A stretch of DNA of 63,922 nt, counting the filler, from an uncultured Rhodopirellula sp. (GTDB lineage Bacteria > Planctomycetota > Planctomycetia > Pirellulales > Pirellulaceae), in NCBI GenBank assembly GCA_964007735.1. It is 4 parts of 4 records of this genome, joined end to end, with 100 filler letters (N's around TTAATTAATTAA, not from the genome) between each part and the next. Parts side by side here need not be neighbours in the genome. Positions count along the whole stretch, not along the records: positions 40,240 to 58,778 come from CAXGAI010000067.1; positions 58,879 to 63,922 come from CAXGAI010000109.1; 2 more parts are not named here. One strand, 5' to 3'. The notes below the pieces were generated by a model that worked only from the letters and a program-made list of their open reading frames with translations, ran no database searches and was not told the DNA's origin. The position numbers and the translations under genes are program-made. Each line of letters starts with the position of its first letter. Positions within the stretch are counted from its first letter, which is position 1. Below, piece after piece: positions 51,459 through 61,213 of the stretch.

Positions 51459-52373
51459 ATGCGTCTTATCAACAAATCACTTGCCGTGCTGGCTGCGACA
51501 GCACTGGTTATGACATCTTTCAGCAACGCCTTTGCTGACGATGGTCACTACAAAGGTTGGACTCGTAGCTTCGAAGAAGCTAAAGAGCTGGCTGCTAAAG
51601 AAGGCAAAGCTATTCTCATGGAATTCACTGGTTCAGACTGGTGCCCACCTTGTAAAGCGTTGCACAAGAACGTTCTCAGCCAAGACGTTTTCCAGACCGT
51701 AAAGGAAGACTACATCCTTCTCGTTCTGGATAATCCACGTGACAAAACATTAGTCACTCCTGCGGAGCAGGAACAATACAAGAAGCTGTCAGCGAAATAT
51801 CAGGTTCGCGGTGTCCCCTCTGTCTTCCTCGCTGATAACGAAGGGCGTCCGTTCCACTTCCAGTCCGGCTATGGCGGGCAAAAAGCGGAGCAGTGGGTAG
51901 CTGACATTCGTGCCAAAAAAGAAGCTCTTGAAACACGTGATGCTGCTTTCGCAAGAGCCGAGGCTGCTGAAGGAGTTGAAAAAGCGAAAGCACTCGATGA
52001 TTTCATCAGTACAATTAATCCACAGCTTGCGGCTAATTTTTATAAAGATTCTATCGATCTAATTGATCAATTGGATACCGAGGGGGTCACCTCCACTAAA
52101 CGTTGGACTAGTTTTGAAACCAAGTTCAATGAACTTGCAGGTGGCGATTTGGATGCCGCTAAATTGTCTGCTGAGTTGGACAAATTGATCGAGGCAACTA
52201 AGCCAAACCCTGAAAAGGCGCAGGAGCTTATCTTTAAGGTCTCATCAGGTATCTTCCAGAAGGGGAATAAACCGACTGCAAAAGCATTATTAATTGCAGC
52301 CCAAAAACTTGCACCGGAATCCTCCACTGGCAAACGGATTCCTCAAATCCTCCAGAACTTCTTTAAAGAATAG
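51459..52373 (+). CDS. exported thioredoxin-family protein
   Basis: Signal peptide (AFA-DD), FTGSDWCPPC, VRGVP, helical C-terminus. Confidence 0.9.
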   Translation: MRLINKSLAVLAATALVMTSFSNAFADDGHYKGWTRSFEEAKELAAKEGKAILMEFTGSDWCPPCKALHKNVLSQDVFQTVKEDYILLVLDNPRDKTLVTPAEQEQYKKLSAKYQVRGVPSVFLADNEGRPFHFQSGYGGQKAEQWVADIRAKKEALETRDAAFARAEAAEGVEKAKALDDFISTINPQLAANFYKDSIDLIDQLDTEGVTSTKRWTSFETKFNELAGGDLDAAKLSAELDKLIEATKPNPEKAQELIFKVSSGIFQKGNKPTAKALLIAAQKLAPESSTGKRIPQILQNFFKE

Positions 52374-52393
52374 TTCTTCCGCGGATCATCAAC

Positions 52394-52435
52394 AAAAAAA
52401 GAGCTGGCGTCTTAAGACTCCAGCTCTTTTTTTTT
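52394..52435. terminator. bidirectional intrinsic terminator
   Basis: A7-GAGCTGGCGTC-TTAA-GACTCCAGCTC-T9 between convergent genes. Confidence 0.9.
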
Positions 52436-52456
52436 CAACGTCATGAAATCGGATAT

Positions 52457-53791
52457 TCAACCAGTGTAAAGTTTCTCCATAACTTTACCGTTATTCAGAT
52501 GCAACGGCCGATTCTCACGATCACGGATAATCGTCGCCGGATCAACTCCTAGCGTGGAATAAACCGTTGCCCCAATATCATTTGGGTGATACGGTGTCGT
52601 CTCAGGATGCCCCGCATGTTTATCAGACTTACCGATAACCTGGCCCCCGCGGACCCCACCACCGATAAAAATTCCGCTGTAGCCCGATGCCCAGTGGTCT
52701 CGCCCTGGGTTCTTGTTAATATTTGGAGTGCGACCAAATTCGCCAACAACGACGATTAATACGTCATCCAGCATGCTGCGTTCTTCCAGGTCATCCATCA
52801 AGGCAGACACCCCGTTGTCGATACCAGGCAAAAGCTTATCTTTGAGACGAGGAAAGTTATCCGAATGAGTATCCCAGGACTGCACGATCCCCATATTACA
52901 CTGAACATAAGGCACTCCATGTTCGACGAGCCTTCGAGCCAAAATCAAGGTTTGTCCATATTCAGAACGACCATACTTATCCCGTAATTCATCGCTTTCA
53001 GCATTAATATCAAATGCTTTAGCGATGTTCGGTGACGTCAGCAGATTCAAGGCCTCTTCTTGCTGGCTCGTAAACTGTATCCCCTTGGCAAAACGATCGA
53101 GACTTCGCTGTTGATGATTCATCCGTTTGAGAAAATCAACCCGGTTAGTTAAGCGGCTTGTCGTGATGCCATCCATCATCTGAATGCCGTGTACCTTGAA
53201 GTCTTTCCCGTTAGGGTCTGAATTAACCTGCCATGGATCATATTTAGGCCCCAGGAAACCAGCGTGTTGACCAGGCCACGTTAGCGGGCCTTCGATCAAC
53301 GGACGAGGCAGGGTAACCTGACACGGCATACCATTGATGGTTGGATTAATCAACTTCACGCCGCCCCCATAACTAGGACGATCTAGCCGCGACAATTCTT
53401 TATCTTCATTGGCATTACCACGAAAAACCTGGGGTTCCCCTGTCAGTGTATTGTGAGTCCCGGAAAGGTGCCGATTGTCACCATGAGAAAAGGAACGCAC
53501 GACAGCAATCTTATCGGTACGTTCCGCCAGTTTGGGCAAATGTTCACCGAAGAGCACGCCGGGAATCTTCGTTTGAATCGTCTTAAACTCACCACGAATA
53601 TGATCCGGTGCGTCCGGCTTAGGATCGAATGTCTCTAATTGACTTCCACCACCGGTTTGGAATACCAGAATAACTGACTTGCCATTGCGTCGGTTTTCGG
53701 CTGCCTGCAACAGTGCTGGCAACGATAACCCCAGAAAACTGGAGCAGCCCACCTGAAGCAAGTCACGACGATCGATTCGATTTAAGGACAC
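52457..53791 (-). CDS. DUF1501 family protein
   Basis: RRDLLQVG, GGGSQLETFDPKPDAP, ARRLVEHG, WDTH, GEFGRTP, GRDHW. Confidence 0.93.
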   Translation of the reverse strand: MSLNRIDRRDLLQVGCSSFLGLSLPALLQAAENRRNGKSVILVFQTGGGSQLETFDPKPDAPDHIRGEFKTIQTKIPGVLFGEHLPKLAERTDKIAVVRSFSHGDNRHLSGTHNTLTGEPQVFRGNANEDKELSRLDRPSYGGGVKLINPTINGMPCQVTLPRPLIEGPLTWPGQHAGFLGPKYDPWQVNSDPNGKDFKVHGIQMMDGITTSRLTNRVDFLKRMNHQQRSLDRFAKGIQFTSQQEEALNLLTSPNIAKAFDINAESDELRDKYGRSEYGQTLILARRLVEHGVPYVQCNMGIVQSWDTHSDNFPRLKDKLLPGIDNGVSALMDDLEERSMLDDVLIVVVGEFGRTPNINKNPGRDHWASGYSGIFIGGGVRGGQVIGKSDKHAGHPETTPYHPNDIGATVYSTLGVDPATIIRDRENRPLHLNNGKVMEKLYTG

Positions 53792-53969
53792 GAGCCTTCC
53801 CTTATTTAAGGTTTGTTGTTTAACTCTATTATGTCACAAGCTTGCTCCAGATGACAATTACAATCTGAACGCCCGGATCTATTACAGCCTATTACTAGTT
53901 TTCGGTATCTGAACACGCTAGAATCTACGTTCAACCAAGATTTCTATTTACATGCCTAGGAATGTCCTC

Positions 53970-55382
53970 ATGAAACCAATACGTCTACTCGCTCTTGCCA
54001 CCGTCATTGCAGCTAATTTACTGTGCGCTTTGCAGGCGGAAACCAAACTGCCGTCGATTCTAGGAAGCCATATGGTGCTTCAACGAAATACCCCTATTAC
54101 CCTGTGGGGATGGGATAATAGTGGTCAAAAAGTTAATGTTTCGCTTGGTACTGACTCAGCGGAAGCAACCGCAAATGATCAGGGGCTTTGGGTGGTTGAG
54201 CTTAAGGCGCTTGAGGCGGGGGGGCCGCATAAAGTCGAGATCAAAGGTTCTTCAAGCGTAACGCTCGACGATGTATTGATTGGTGAAGTTTGGTTATGTT
54301 CCGGACAATCTAATATGGAATGGACTGTTAGCCGATCGCTTAATCCTGAAGAAGAAGCAAAAAACGGTAATCACCCGCAAATCCGCCATATCAAATTCCC
54401 ACATCGACCAAGTGCGAAGCCGGAAGATAATATCCCTTCAGACGGCTGGAAAGCTGCCACCTCTCAAACGGTTCCAAACTTCACCGCGGTTGGTTATTTT
54501 TTCGGTCGTAAGCTACAGGCCGAATTGGGTGTACCTATTGGTCTCATTGGTTCAAACTGGGGGGGCACTCGTATTGAACCCTGGATACCTCCTGTGGGAT
54601 TCAAAGCAGCCAAAAACTTGAAAAGCATCGCCGACAATCTCGATAACTTCCCCGTGGTCAACAAAGATGGACGTGTCAATCACCAGACACCACTCGCCCT
54701 TTACAACGGTATGATTCACAACTTCCGTCATTTAAACTTTCGCGGGGCCATATGGTACCAAGGTGAATCCAACCGGGGTGATGGCATGCTTTATATGGAT
54801 AAAATGAAAGCCCTTATTGAGGGCTGGCGTCATGTCTTTGACAATCCCGAGATGCCATTCTACTTTGTTCAACTGGCTCCATTTACTTACGGTGGAAGTG
54901 AATTAGCACTGCCTGAAATCTGGGAAGCGCAAACAGCTACGCTGGCCCTACCTCATACCGGTATGGCGGTTACTACTGATATCAGCAATCTCCGCGACAT
55001 TCACCCAAAAAACAAACAAGATGTCGGTAAGCGTCTGGCACTATGGGCATTAGCCAAAACATATGGCGCGAAAGATTTGGTTTATTCTGGACCACTCTAT
55101 AAAAGTCATAAAGTGAAGGGGACGCATATCGAAATCCATTTCGATCATGCGTATGGAAAACTCGCATCCAATGATGGGAAACCACTTAGTCATTTCCAAC
55201 TTGCCGGGGAAGATGGCGAATTCAAGCCGGCTGTCGCAACAATCGAAGGGGACAAACTGATTGTCACCTCGAATGCGGTAGCCAAGCCAGTCCATGTCCG
55301 ATTTGGCTGGCATCAACTGGCGGAACCAAATCTGGTCAACGGCGGTGGGCTACCGGCATCTCCTTTCCGCACCGACAAGTAA
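53970..55382 (+). CDS. sialate O-acetylesterase family (SGNH) protein
   Basis: HMVLQR, GEVWLCSGQSNM, WGGTRIE.W, WYQGESN, DIHP.NK, ASPFRTD. Start could be 53952. Confidence 0.92.
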   Translation: MKPIRLLALATVIAANLLCALQAETKLPSILGSHMVLQRNTPITLWGWDNSGQKVNVSLGTDSAEATANDQGLWVVELKALEAGGPHKVEIKGSSSVTLDDVLIGEVWLCSGQSNMEWTVSRSLNPEEEAKNGNHPQIRHIKFPHRPSAKPEDNIPSDGWKAATSQTVPNFTAVGYFFGRKLQAELGVPIGLIGSNWGGTRIEPWIPPVGFKAAKNLKSIADNLDNFPVVNKDGRVNHQTPLALYNGMIHNFRHLNFRGAIWYQGESNRGDGMLYMDKMKALIEGWRHVFDNPEMPFYFVQLAPFTYGGSELALPEIWEAQTATLALPHTGMAVTTDISNLRDIHPKNKQDVGKRLALWALAKTYGAKDLVYSGPLYKSHKVKGTHIEIHFDHAYGKLASNDGKPLSHFQLAGEDGEFKPAVATIEGDKLIVTSNAVAKPVHVRFGWHQLAEPNLVNGGGLPASPFRTDK

Positions 55383-55410
55383 GCCGTAATATACGCTCAG
55401 AGAAGACAGC

Positions 55411-55443
55411 AAGGCTCGGATCCACACCGGATTCGAGCCTTTT
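55411..55443 (+). terminator. intrinsic terminator
   Basis: AAGGCTCGGATCC-ACACC-GGATTCGAGCCTT-TT. Confidence 0.75.
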
Positions 55444-55461
55444 CCAAATCCTGTAGGCAAA

Positions 55462-57183
55462 TCACTCCAACTTCTCTAGCAACAGCAAGGTCTGCTCAGA
55501 ATCAACCGCCCAACTATACCAGGTACGAGTACCGATCACCTTCCAGCCCTGACGAGGTCGGTGTGCTAAGGCATACTTCGCTAGACCGCGCCAACTCCGA
55601 GTCTCGTCCCCCTCACGCTGCAAACTCCCATAATCCTCAGTCGTACGTAACCAACCGTTCAAGTCCATCCCCAGATCAATATCCTGAGGACGCAGATTGT
55701 CTTTCTCAAGCCAATCTGCCATCTGCTGATCCCTTTGATCATTAAATGCCAGCCAGTCATGCGTAAATGTCAGGCTGATATAGAAAATCGAAATACCCGT
55801 AAACCACATCAAGGCAGCCGTTAACCTTCCCGGACGTTTAAGGACCACGAAAACGTCACTGGTCGCCACCCAAATCACTGCTGGTACAAACAGCACCATC
55901 CAATGCCGGTCAACAATATTCTCCACCACTGCTAGCAAAGCCAGTGAAACCATCAAGCCAAACAGAAAGATTGCCCATCGCCAATCGCGACGGATTCTCA
56001 CCAGTTGTTCAGATTGAAGTTGCAGAACCTCCTTGAATCTAGAGAAAGCCGCAGAAGAAGATAAAGCCAAAGACAAAATAGAGGTGAGCGTAAGTAACTT
56101 CCATATCACTGGGGGCCATTTCACATTTGCCAGATAAGTCCAACTACCATCGGGATGCGGAGGATCCGCAAAAAGCACCGGCCCAAAGTGAGCATTATGT
56201 AAAAAGTATCCCACCGCCTGAGTTATATAAGTCCGACCACCTGTGGCAACAAATACACCAATCCATGCCACACTGACCATGAAAATCCAACTTCGATTCA
56301 AAAGTAATCTTTGCCTGCCTACGCACTTAAATGCCAACATCGCTGAGATCGGCAACAACACCATTCCTAGTAGCAAGCCAGTGCCATAAAGATAGATGGC
56401 TATTTGCTTGAGACGTGCCAGATCAAAAGTACTAATAAACAACGTGCCAGTACGTGACTGGTTCCCCGGAACAAGACCGGTTAATTCAAAAGCAATTAAT
56501 GACAACGCCGGGATACCCACCAACACCCCCAACCTTACCATAATCCACTTCCAAGAATTGCGTCCGCCTTGTCGCCAAAGAACAAACAGAGGACAAACTA
56601 CAATCAATACATGGGTTTGTCGGCACCAAAACACTAATGCCACAAGAATACTGCCTAGAACCAACGGCGTCAGGCGACGAAGATTGTCACTACGGATGAA
56701 ACATAAAAGGGCATAGGTAATCAGCATCAATGCTGTGACGTCCGTCATAAATGTGAACGTGTGTCCATAAAAGAGAGGGCTGATCGCCAAACTCCCAGCC
56801 GCCATCAGACCAACCTGAAGTTTACCTCCCAGTGCAAGAACGACAAACACAATCCCTACGCAGGTTAGCCACCCGGCGAGAGCCTGTGAAATATGCAAAG
56901 CTTCAAATGAAAAATCTCCCCAAACAAACAATCGCCCCCATATCACGTGCGAAACGACACTCGCAGCAAGCTCACCATGCTGTGAGACGTGCTGGTAGTA
57001 GCCTTCTTCGGCCAGAACCTGGACACTACGACCATACAACCAATCGTCGTTATGAGGGGCTGCTGAAAACTCGGCAAACAGAGATAAGCCAATCACCCAG
57101 GGCAGGGCAAGGACCATCCACGTAAACGCAAGCCTTCGCCAGGAAGGTCGATTTGACAAGGCTGCACTTGAAGTTAAAGTCAT
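55462..57183 (-). CDS. GT-C (PMT/ArnT-like) membrane glycosyltransferase
   Basis: NDDWLY first loop, TFMTDV, WCRQT, DRH, many TMs. Confidence 0.78.
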   Translation of the reverse strand: MTLTSSAALSNRPSWRRLAFTWMVLALPWVIGLSLFAEFSAAPHNDDWLYGRSVQVLAEEGYYQHVSQHGELAASVVSHVIWGRLFVWGDFSFEALHISQALAGWLTCVGIVFVVLALGGKLQVGLMAAGSLAISPLFYGHTFTFMTDVTALMLITYALLCFIRSDNLRRLTPLVLGSILVALVFWCRQTHVLIVVCPLFVLWRQGGRNSWKWIMVRLGVLVGIPALSLIAFELTGLVPGNQSRTGTLFISTFDLARLKQIAIYLYGTGLLLGMVLLPISAMLAFKCVGRQRLLLNRSWIFMVSVAWIGVFVATGGRTYITQAVGYFLHNAHFGPVLFADPPHPDGSWTYLANVKWPPVIWKLLTLTSILSLALSSSAAFSRFKEVLQLQSEQLVRIRRDWRWAIFLFGLMVSLALLAVVENIVDRHWMVLFVPAVIWVATSDVFVVLKRPGRLTAALMWFTGISIFYISLTFTHDWLAFNDQRDQQMADWLEKDNLRPQDIDLGMDLNGWLRTTEDYGSLQREGDETRSWRGLAKYALAHRPRQGWKVIGTRTWYSWAVDSEQTLLLLEKLE

Positions 57184-57322
57184 CTTAAACACCAGAGGTC
57201 GATAAAAGTTACCGTTTCATCCTCAGCCATTTTAATCTCTAAGAGTTCAAAGGCTTCTGTGGTAGCATGAAACGACAGCAACTATGAAAAGCAATCTAAT
57301 CCTGCTCACCAATTGATTCAAT

Positions 57323-57712
57323 ATGAAAATCACTGACATCAAAACATACGTCGTCGGTCTGGACCGCAATTTCATGTTTGTCGAAGTTGAAACCGATGCT
57401 GGTATCAGCGGGATAGGTGAGGCTGGTCTGACGTTTCGTGAAAACGCGCAAGTCGGCTTTATTGAGGCTCTAAAACCAAGCCTAATAGGGCAGGCGGCCA
57501 ACAACACTGAGCATCTTTGGCAAACGATGTCCCGTTGTGGTTTTTTTCCAACCACGGGAGTCGGAGCTTCTGCCGTCAGTGCCATCGATATCGCATTATG
57601 GGATATTAAAGCCAAAGCTTACAACGTCCCAGTGTATGAACTGCTTGGTGGTAAAGTACGTGATAAAGTTTACTCCTATACTCATATTCACGGCAGGACT
57701 GCGGAGGAAGCG
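57323..57712 (+). CDS. mandelate racemase/enolase-superfamily acid-sugar dehydratase (DgoD-like), N-terminal part only
   Basis: MKITDIK, VEVETDAGISGIGEA, SAIDIALWDIKAK..VPVYELLGGKVRDKV. Homology is lost after YTHIHGRTAEEA. Confidence 0.85.
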
Positions 57713-57780
57713 AGGTGCGCGTTGTTGCTGTTGTGCCTGGGAGAACGGAATCCCAGTTGCTACCGGCAACTAGTGGATGC

Positions 57781-58777
57781 CCTGCGCGGTCTTCCAGTCG
57801 TGGAGGAGGAGGAGGGCGCGCAGCACGCCCAGCGGCTGCATCGTCTCGAACGGAGGTGGCTCGTCCTTCTCATCCTTCTCGCCCTTCTTGGCGGCGCCGC
57901 CGGCGAGGTTGACCTGGCCGAGCTTCTTCGCCTCGGCGAGCATCGTCTCCTTCCCCTTCTTCTGGATCGTCTGGATCTCCTCCAATGTGGGGCCCATGTG
58001 CGGCAAGACCTGCTCGAACTTGACCGACCCCTGCTGGATCAGCAGCGCGCACAGACGGTACAGCGAGAGCGGCGTCGGCTCGGCGCGGCCGCCCTTGTGG
58101 TACTGCTGGAACTTGAAGCCGAGCATGTGCGGGATGTACTTCGGGTTGAAGAGCGCGAGCAGCCCCTTGTGCGCCACGCGCGACGGCATCGCCTCGAGCG
58201 TCTCCAGCACCAAATCGAGGACGCGGTTGGGGTCGAGGTCAAAGTAGCCGATGAGGCTCTGGATGTTGGCGATCACTTCGGAGGCGTCGCGCGTCCCGCG
58301 GGTCGAGGTGGAGCCGCCGGCGGCGGGGAGCTCGGACAGCTCGGCCACCAGCTTCGAGTACCCCTCCGACTGCTCGCGCAGCAGGTTGTACTTCTGCTGC
58401 GTGTACAGCGCCTTCGTGTTGACGCGCACCTGCTGCTTGTGGAACTCCTTCGCGTCGTCGACGAGGCCGGCGTCCTGCAGCATCGGCCCGTCGAGCCGCG
58501 TGAGCAGCAGCTTGTCGTCGACCACCTTCTCGCGCAGCAGCTCCTTGATCAGCCCGACGAGCTGCGCCTTCGCGTCCTCCTTGCCGACGCCCGCCTCCAT
58601 CTCGACGCCGAGGAACCAGAAGACGTCGGCGAGCGTCGACTGCACGACCGGCCGCGCCGCCTCGGGGAGCAGCTCCGGGTTGGCCAGCAGGTCGCACAGC
58701 TTGCCCGCGTCGAGCGTGCCCGCCGTCACCGCGCGGCACAGCTGCAGCAGCTCCGTCTTCAGCGGGTGCGCGCCGGC
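57781..58777 (-). CDS. THOC2: eukaryotic THO complex subunit 2 exon fragment (contaminant)
   Basis: RVNTKALYTQQKYNLLREQSEGYSKL..IQSLIGYFDLDPNRVLDLVLE..LGFKFQ.Y. Very high GC. Frame is open to the contig end. Confidence 0.9.
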
Positions 58778-58778
58778 G

Positions 58779-58878
58779 NNNNNNNNNNNNNNNNNNNNNN
58801 NNNNNNNNNNNNNNNNNNNNNNTTAATTAATTAANNNNNNNNNNNNNNNNNNNNNNNNNNNNNNNNNNNNNNNNNNNN
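58779..58878. other. artificial contig linker
   Basis: 44 N + TTAATTAATTAA + 44 N. Confidence 0.99.
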
Positions 58879-58937
58879 CACAGTATCGCCGCGGTAATCG
58901 CGCTGGCCATCCCGAATTTGAACGCATTAAGTGGCAT
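58879..58937 (-). CDS. small membrane protein N-terminus (DUF5676-like), truncated
   Basis: GGAGGA RBS, then MPLNAFKFGMASAITAAIL running into the linker. Confidence 0.55.
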
Positions 58938-59031
58938 GACTATTCCTCCGGTTATGGTGGTCTATCCGTGAGGAATTAGTATCGCTACACATCCCCAACC
59001 GATGTTCTTTATTGCTCATTGTTCTTGTCCG

Positions 59032-59379
59032 CTAATGGGGCGGCACCTTGTTGCAACAGTGCGCTTCATGTTTGGCGTTATCCTTAATATTTTGGTCGGT
59101 CTGCCGTTGCCAACTTAGTTTGGTACGGCTCCACCAATTCTCTTTAATCGCCGCGCCATGTTTTTCGACAATGGCGATCATTTCATCGATATTGAGATGA
59201 GAGCCGTCATAGGCGATTTTGAGAGTACCTTTCGTTCTGTTCAGCCAAACACGGTCAACACAGGGGAGCCCATCCAACTCCACTGTGATGGCCTTCGCGT
59301 TGCTTTCATTCACCCTAAGCAGACTTAAGGTGTGTTTCGTAAGAAAACCCGGATTGACACCCGGTCGATGCTCACTCAT
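59032..59379 (-). CDS. HMA-like small metal-associated protein
   Basis: Ferredoxin-like pattern (LKIAYD), C-terminal HEAHCCNKVPPH, GGAGG RBS. Confidence 0.7.
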   Translation of the reverse strand: MSEHRPGVNPGFLTKHTLSLLRVNESNAKAITVELDGLPCVDRVWLNRTKGTLKIAYDGSHLNIDEMIAIVEKHGAAIKENWWSRTKLSWQRQTDQNIKDNAKHEAHCCNKVPPH

Positions 59380-59420
59380 CGTGTTTTTCCTCCAGCCGAC
59401 AGATTGAGCAAACAAACCAT

Positions 59421-59882
59421 CTACTTTTTGTCTTTATGGACAGGTGCTTTTTTGAACTCGGATTCATGTTCCATCATTTGCCCCATCATCATCTGCATCA
59501 TGCCCATTCGCTCTTCCATCATGTCCATGCGTTTCTTCATATCCATATTGCCCATTTTTGATGACCCAGCTTTGGTCATATCCATTCCCTTGCCCATGCC
59601 CATGCCCATGCTTTCATCCAACATCTTCATGCCTCCCTGCATAGTTCTCCGATGCTCCTGCATTAATTGCTGACGTTTTTCGGGATCGGTTTCAGCTTTG
59701 ATTTTTGCCATCATTTCTTTCATTTTTTGCATGTGCTCATGCATTGCCATCATTTGCTCATGGCCCATCATCATTCCGTTCTTCACCGGGCCTTTACTGT
59801 CGTCATGCTCGTGCCCTTTCTCCGAAAAGACGGGCATAGAAATCGCCGTGGCTATTACAAAAGTGGAGATTAGATTTTTCAT
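59421..59882 (-). CDS. Met/His-rich periplasmic putative copper-binding protein
   Basis: Signal peptide. About 35 Met in 153 aa, several His. Confidence 0.75.
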   Translation of the reverse strand: MKNLISTFVIATAISMPVFSEKGHEHDDSKGPVKNGMMMGHEQMMAMHEHMQKMKEMMAKIKAETDPEKRQQLMQEHRRTMQGGMKMLDESMGMGMGKGMDMTKAGSSKMGNMDMKKRMDMMEERMGMMQMMMGQMMEHESEFKKAPVHKDKK

Positions 59883-59895
59883 TGGAGTATCCTCA

Positions 59896-60546
59896 TCAGG
59901 TTGAAATCGTTTTATTCACGTTAAATTTCGGAAACCACGCTGGCGTAAAGTCCATATAACGACGATAAACATCGCCAAATTCTTCCAGTGCCATCCGCTC
60001 CTCTCGCTTAGCGAGTCGCACGTAAACCCGTACCAGTATCGGGAACATCACCAGAGTTGGAATGGTCGGCCACTGCAACAGGAAACCGAACATAATCAGG
60101 ATAAAAGCAATGTATTGCGGATGACGACAACGGGCATACCAGCCGGTGGTCGCCAGGGAGCGGGTTTGCTGTGCCTTGTGTAGTACATTCCATGCCGAGG
60201 CCAGCAGGAAGAAACCCAGAACAATCAGGACATTGCTGGCAATATGTAACGGATCCCAATGTGGATCACCCTCAAAACCAAGCAACGTGTGCAATAGGTG
60301 GCCGTTTTCGTGGGACAGAAAATCAATACCCGGATACCTTTCCGCCAGCCAACCGGAGAGAAAATAGATGGTTAAGGGAAAGCCATACATCTCGGTAAAC
60401 AGGGCAATAATAAATGCCGAGAAAGCGCCAAAACTGCGCCAGTCGGTTTTGGTTTGCGGTTTGGTAAAACTGAAGGCAAAGAAAATAAATATCCCTGAAT
60501 TGAGTATCACCAGCGTCCAGAGGCCGTAAGCAGATTCACCGTGCAT
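59896..60546 (-). CDS. isoprenylcysteine carboxylmethyltransferase (Ste14/PEMT) family membrane protein
   Basis: EMYGFPLT, LATTGWYARCRHPQY, REE..FG..Y..Y. Confidence 0.88.
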   Translation of the reverse strand: MHGESAYGLWTLVILNSGIFIFFAFSFTKPQTKTDWRSFGAFSAFIIALFTEMYGFPLTIYFLSGWLAERYPGIDFLSHENGHLLHTLLGFEGDPHWDPLHIASNVLIVLGFFLLASAWNVLHKAQQTRSLATTGWYARCRHPQYIAFILIMFGFLLQWPTIPTLVMFPILVRVYVRLAKREERMALEEFGDVYRRYMDFTPAWFPKFNVNKTIST

Positions 60547-60572
60547 GCTTGTTCTCCTGCTATATTATTGGG

Positions 60573-60866
60573 TTAATGGTGATGACGGTGCTCGCTTTCC
60601 CGGCGGCCTTCTTCCAAGCCACGTTGATAGGCATCCTGTTCGGATTCATCCTCGTGCTGGCCATGGTCACCGTGACCGCCGTGCCCCCCATGTCCGCCGT
60701 GCATAAACAGATGCATAAAAGGGCAGGCTAAAAGAATCAAGTAAGGTAAATACTGCCAGACGTGTTGCCGGTGCTCGATCAACAGGAAATAGCTTGCCGC
60801 TGCAATTAAACCCAGGGCTGCAAAGCCTTTGGGTGTCAACCAGAATGATGTTTTTTGAGTCGCCAT
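60573..60866 (-). CDS. DUF2933 His-rich membrane protein
   Basis: EHRQH..LPYLILLACPFMHLFMHGGHGGHG. Confidence 0.85.
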   Translation of the reverse strand: MATQKTSFWLTPKGFAALGLIAAASYFLLIEHRQHVWQYLPYLILLACPFMHLFMHGGHGGHGGHGDHGQHEDESEQDAYQRGLEEGRRESEHRHHH

Positions 60867-60874
60867 GTCACACC

Positions 60875-61213
60875 TCACCTGTGTAATTGAAAATCGCTGT
60901 CGGTTGCACTGCGTTTATCGTGTATCCATAACAGGTCATTGATGGGAACAATGCAGACCAAGCCTTCACTGTCCGCGTTAACGTGTGCCGCATCGATAAT
61001 TAACTGAGCAATATCTTTCGCCTGATCGTCCCTGGAATACACTTCCATTTGAATATGCTTGACCAAATGGTTGTCATTATAACTGTCGAAATAGCGCCCT
61101 CGACCACGAACCGGATGCAAGGTAAAACCCTTCACCCCATGCTGAATCAGAGTCTCTTCCACATCCTTCAGGCGAAAGTCATCGAATATGGCGGTCACTT
61201 TGTTAATCTGCAT
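60875..61213 (-). CDS. P-II family signalling protein
   Basis: KVTAI..V...L...GVKGFT..VRGRG..MEV..I..AAH...GLV. Short T-loop. Confidence 0.82.
   Translation of the reverse strand: MQINKVTAIFDDFRLKDVEETLIQHGVKGFTLHPVRGRGRYFDSYNDNHLVKHIQMEVYSRDDQAKDIAQLIIDAAHVNADSEGLVCIVPINDLLWIHDKRSATDSDFQLHR

Noticed and set aside
57323..58834. 503-aa ORF as a novel enolase fusion protein
   Set aside because: Only the first ~130 aa are enolase-like. The rest is the stop-free antisense frame of high-GC THOC2, running into the linker.
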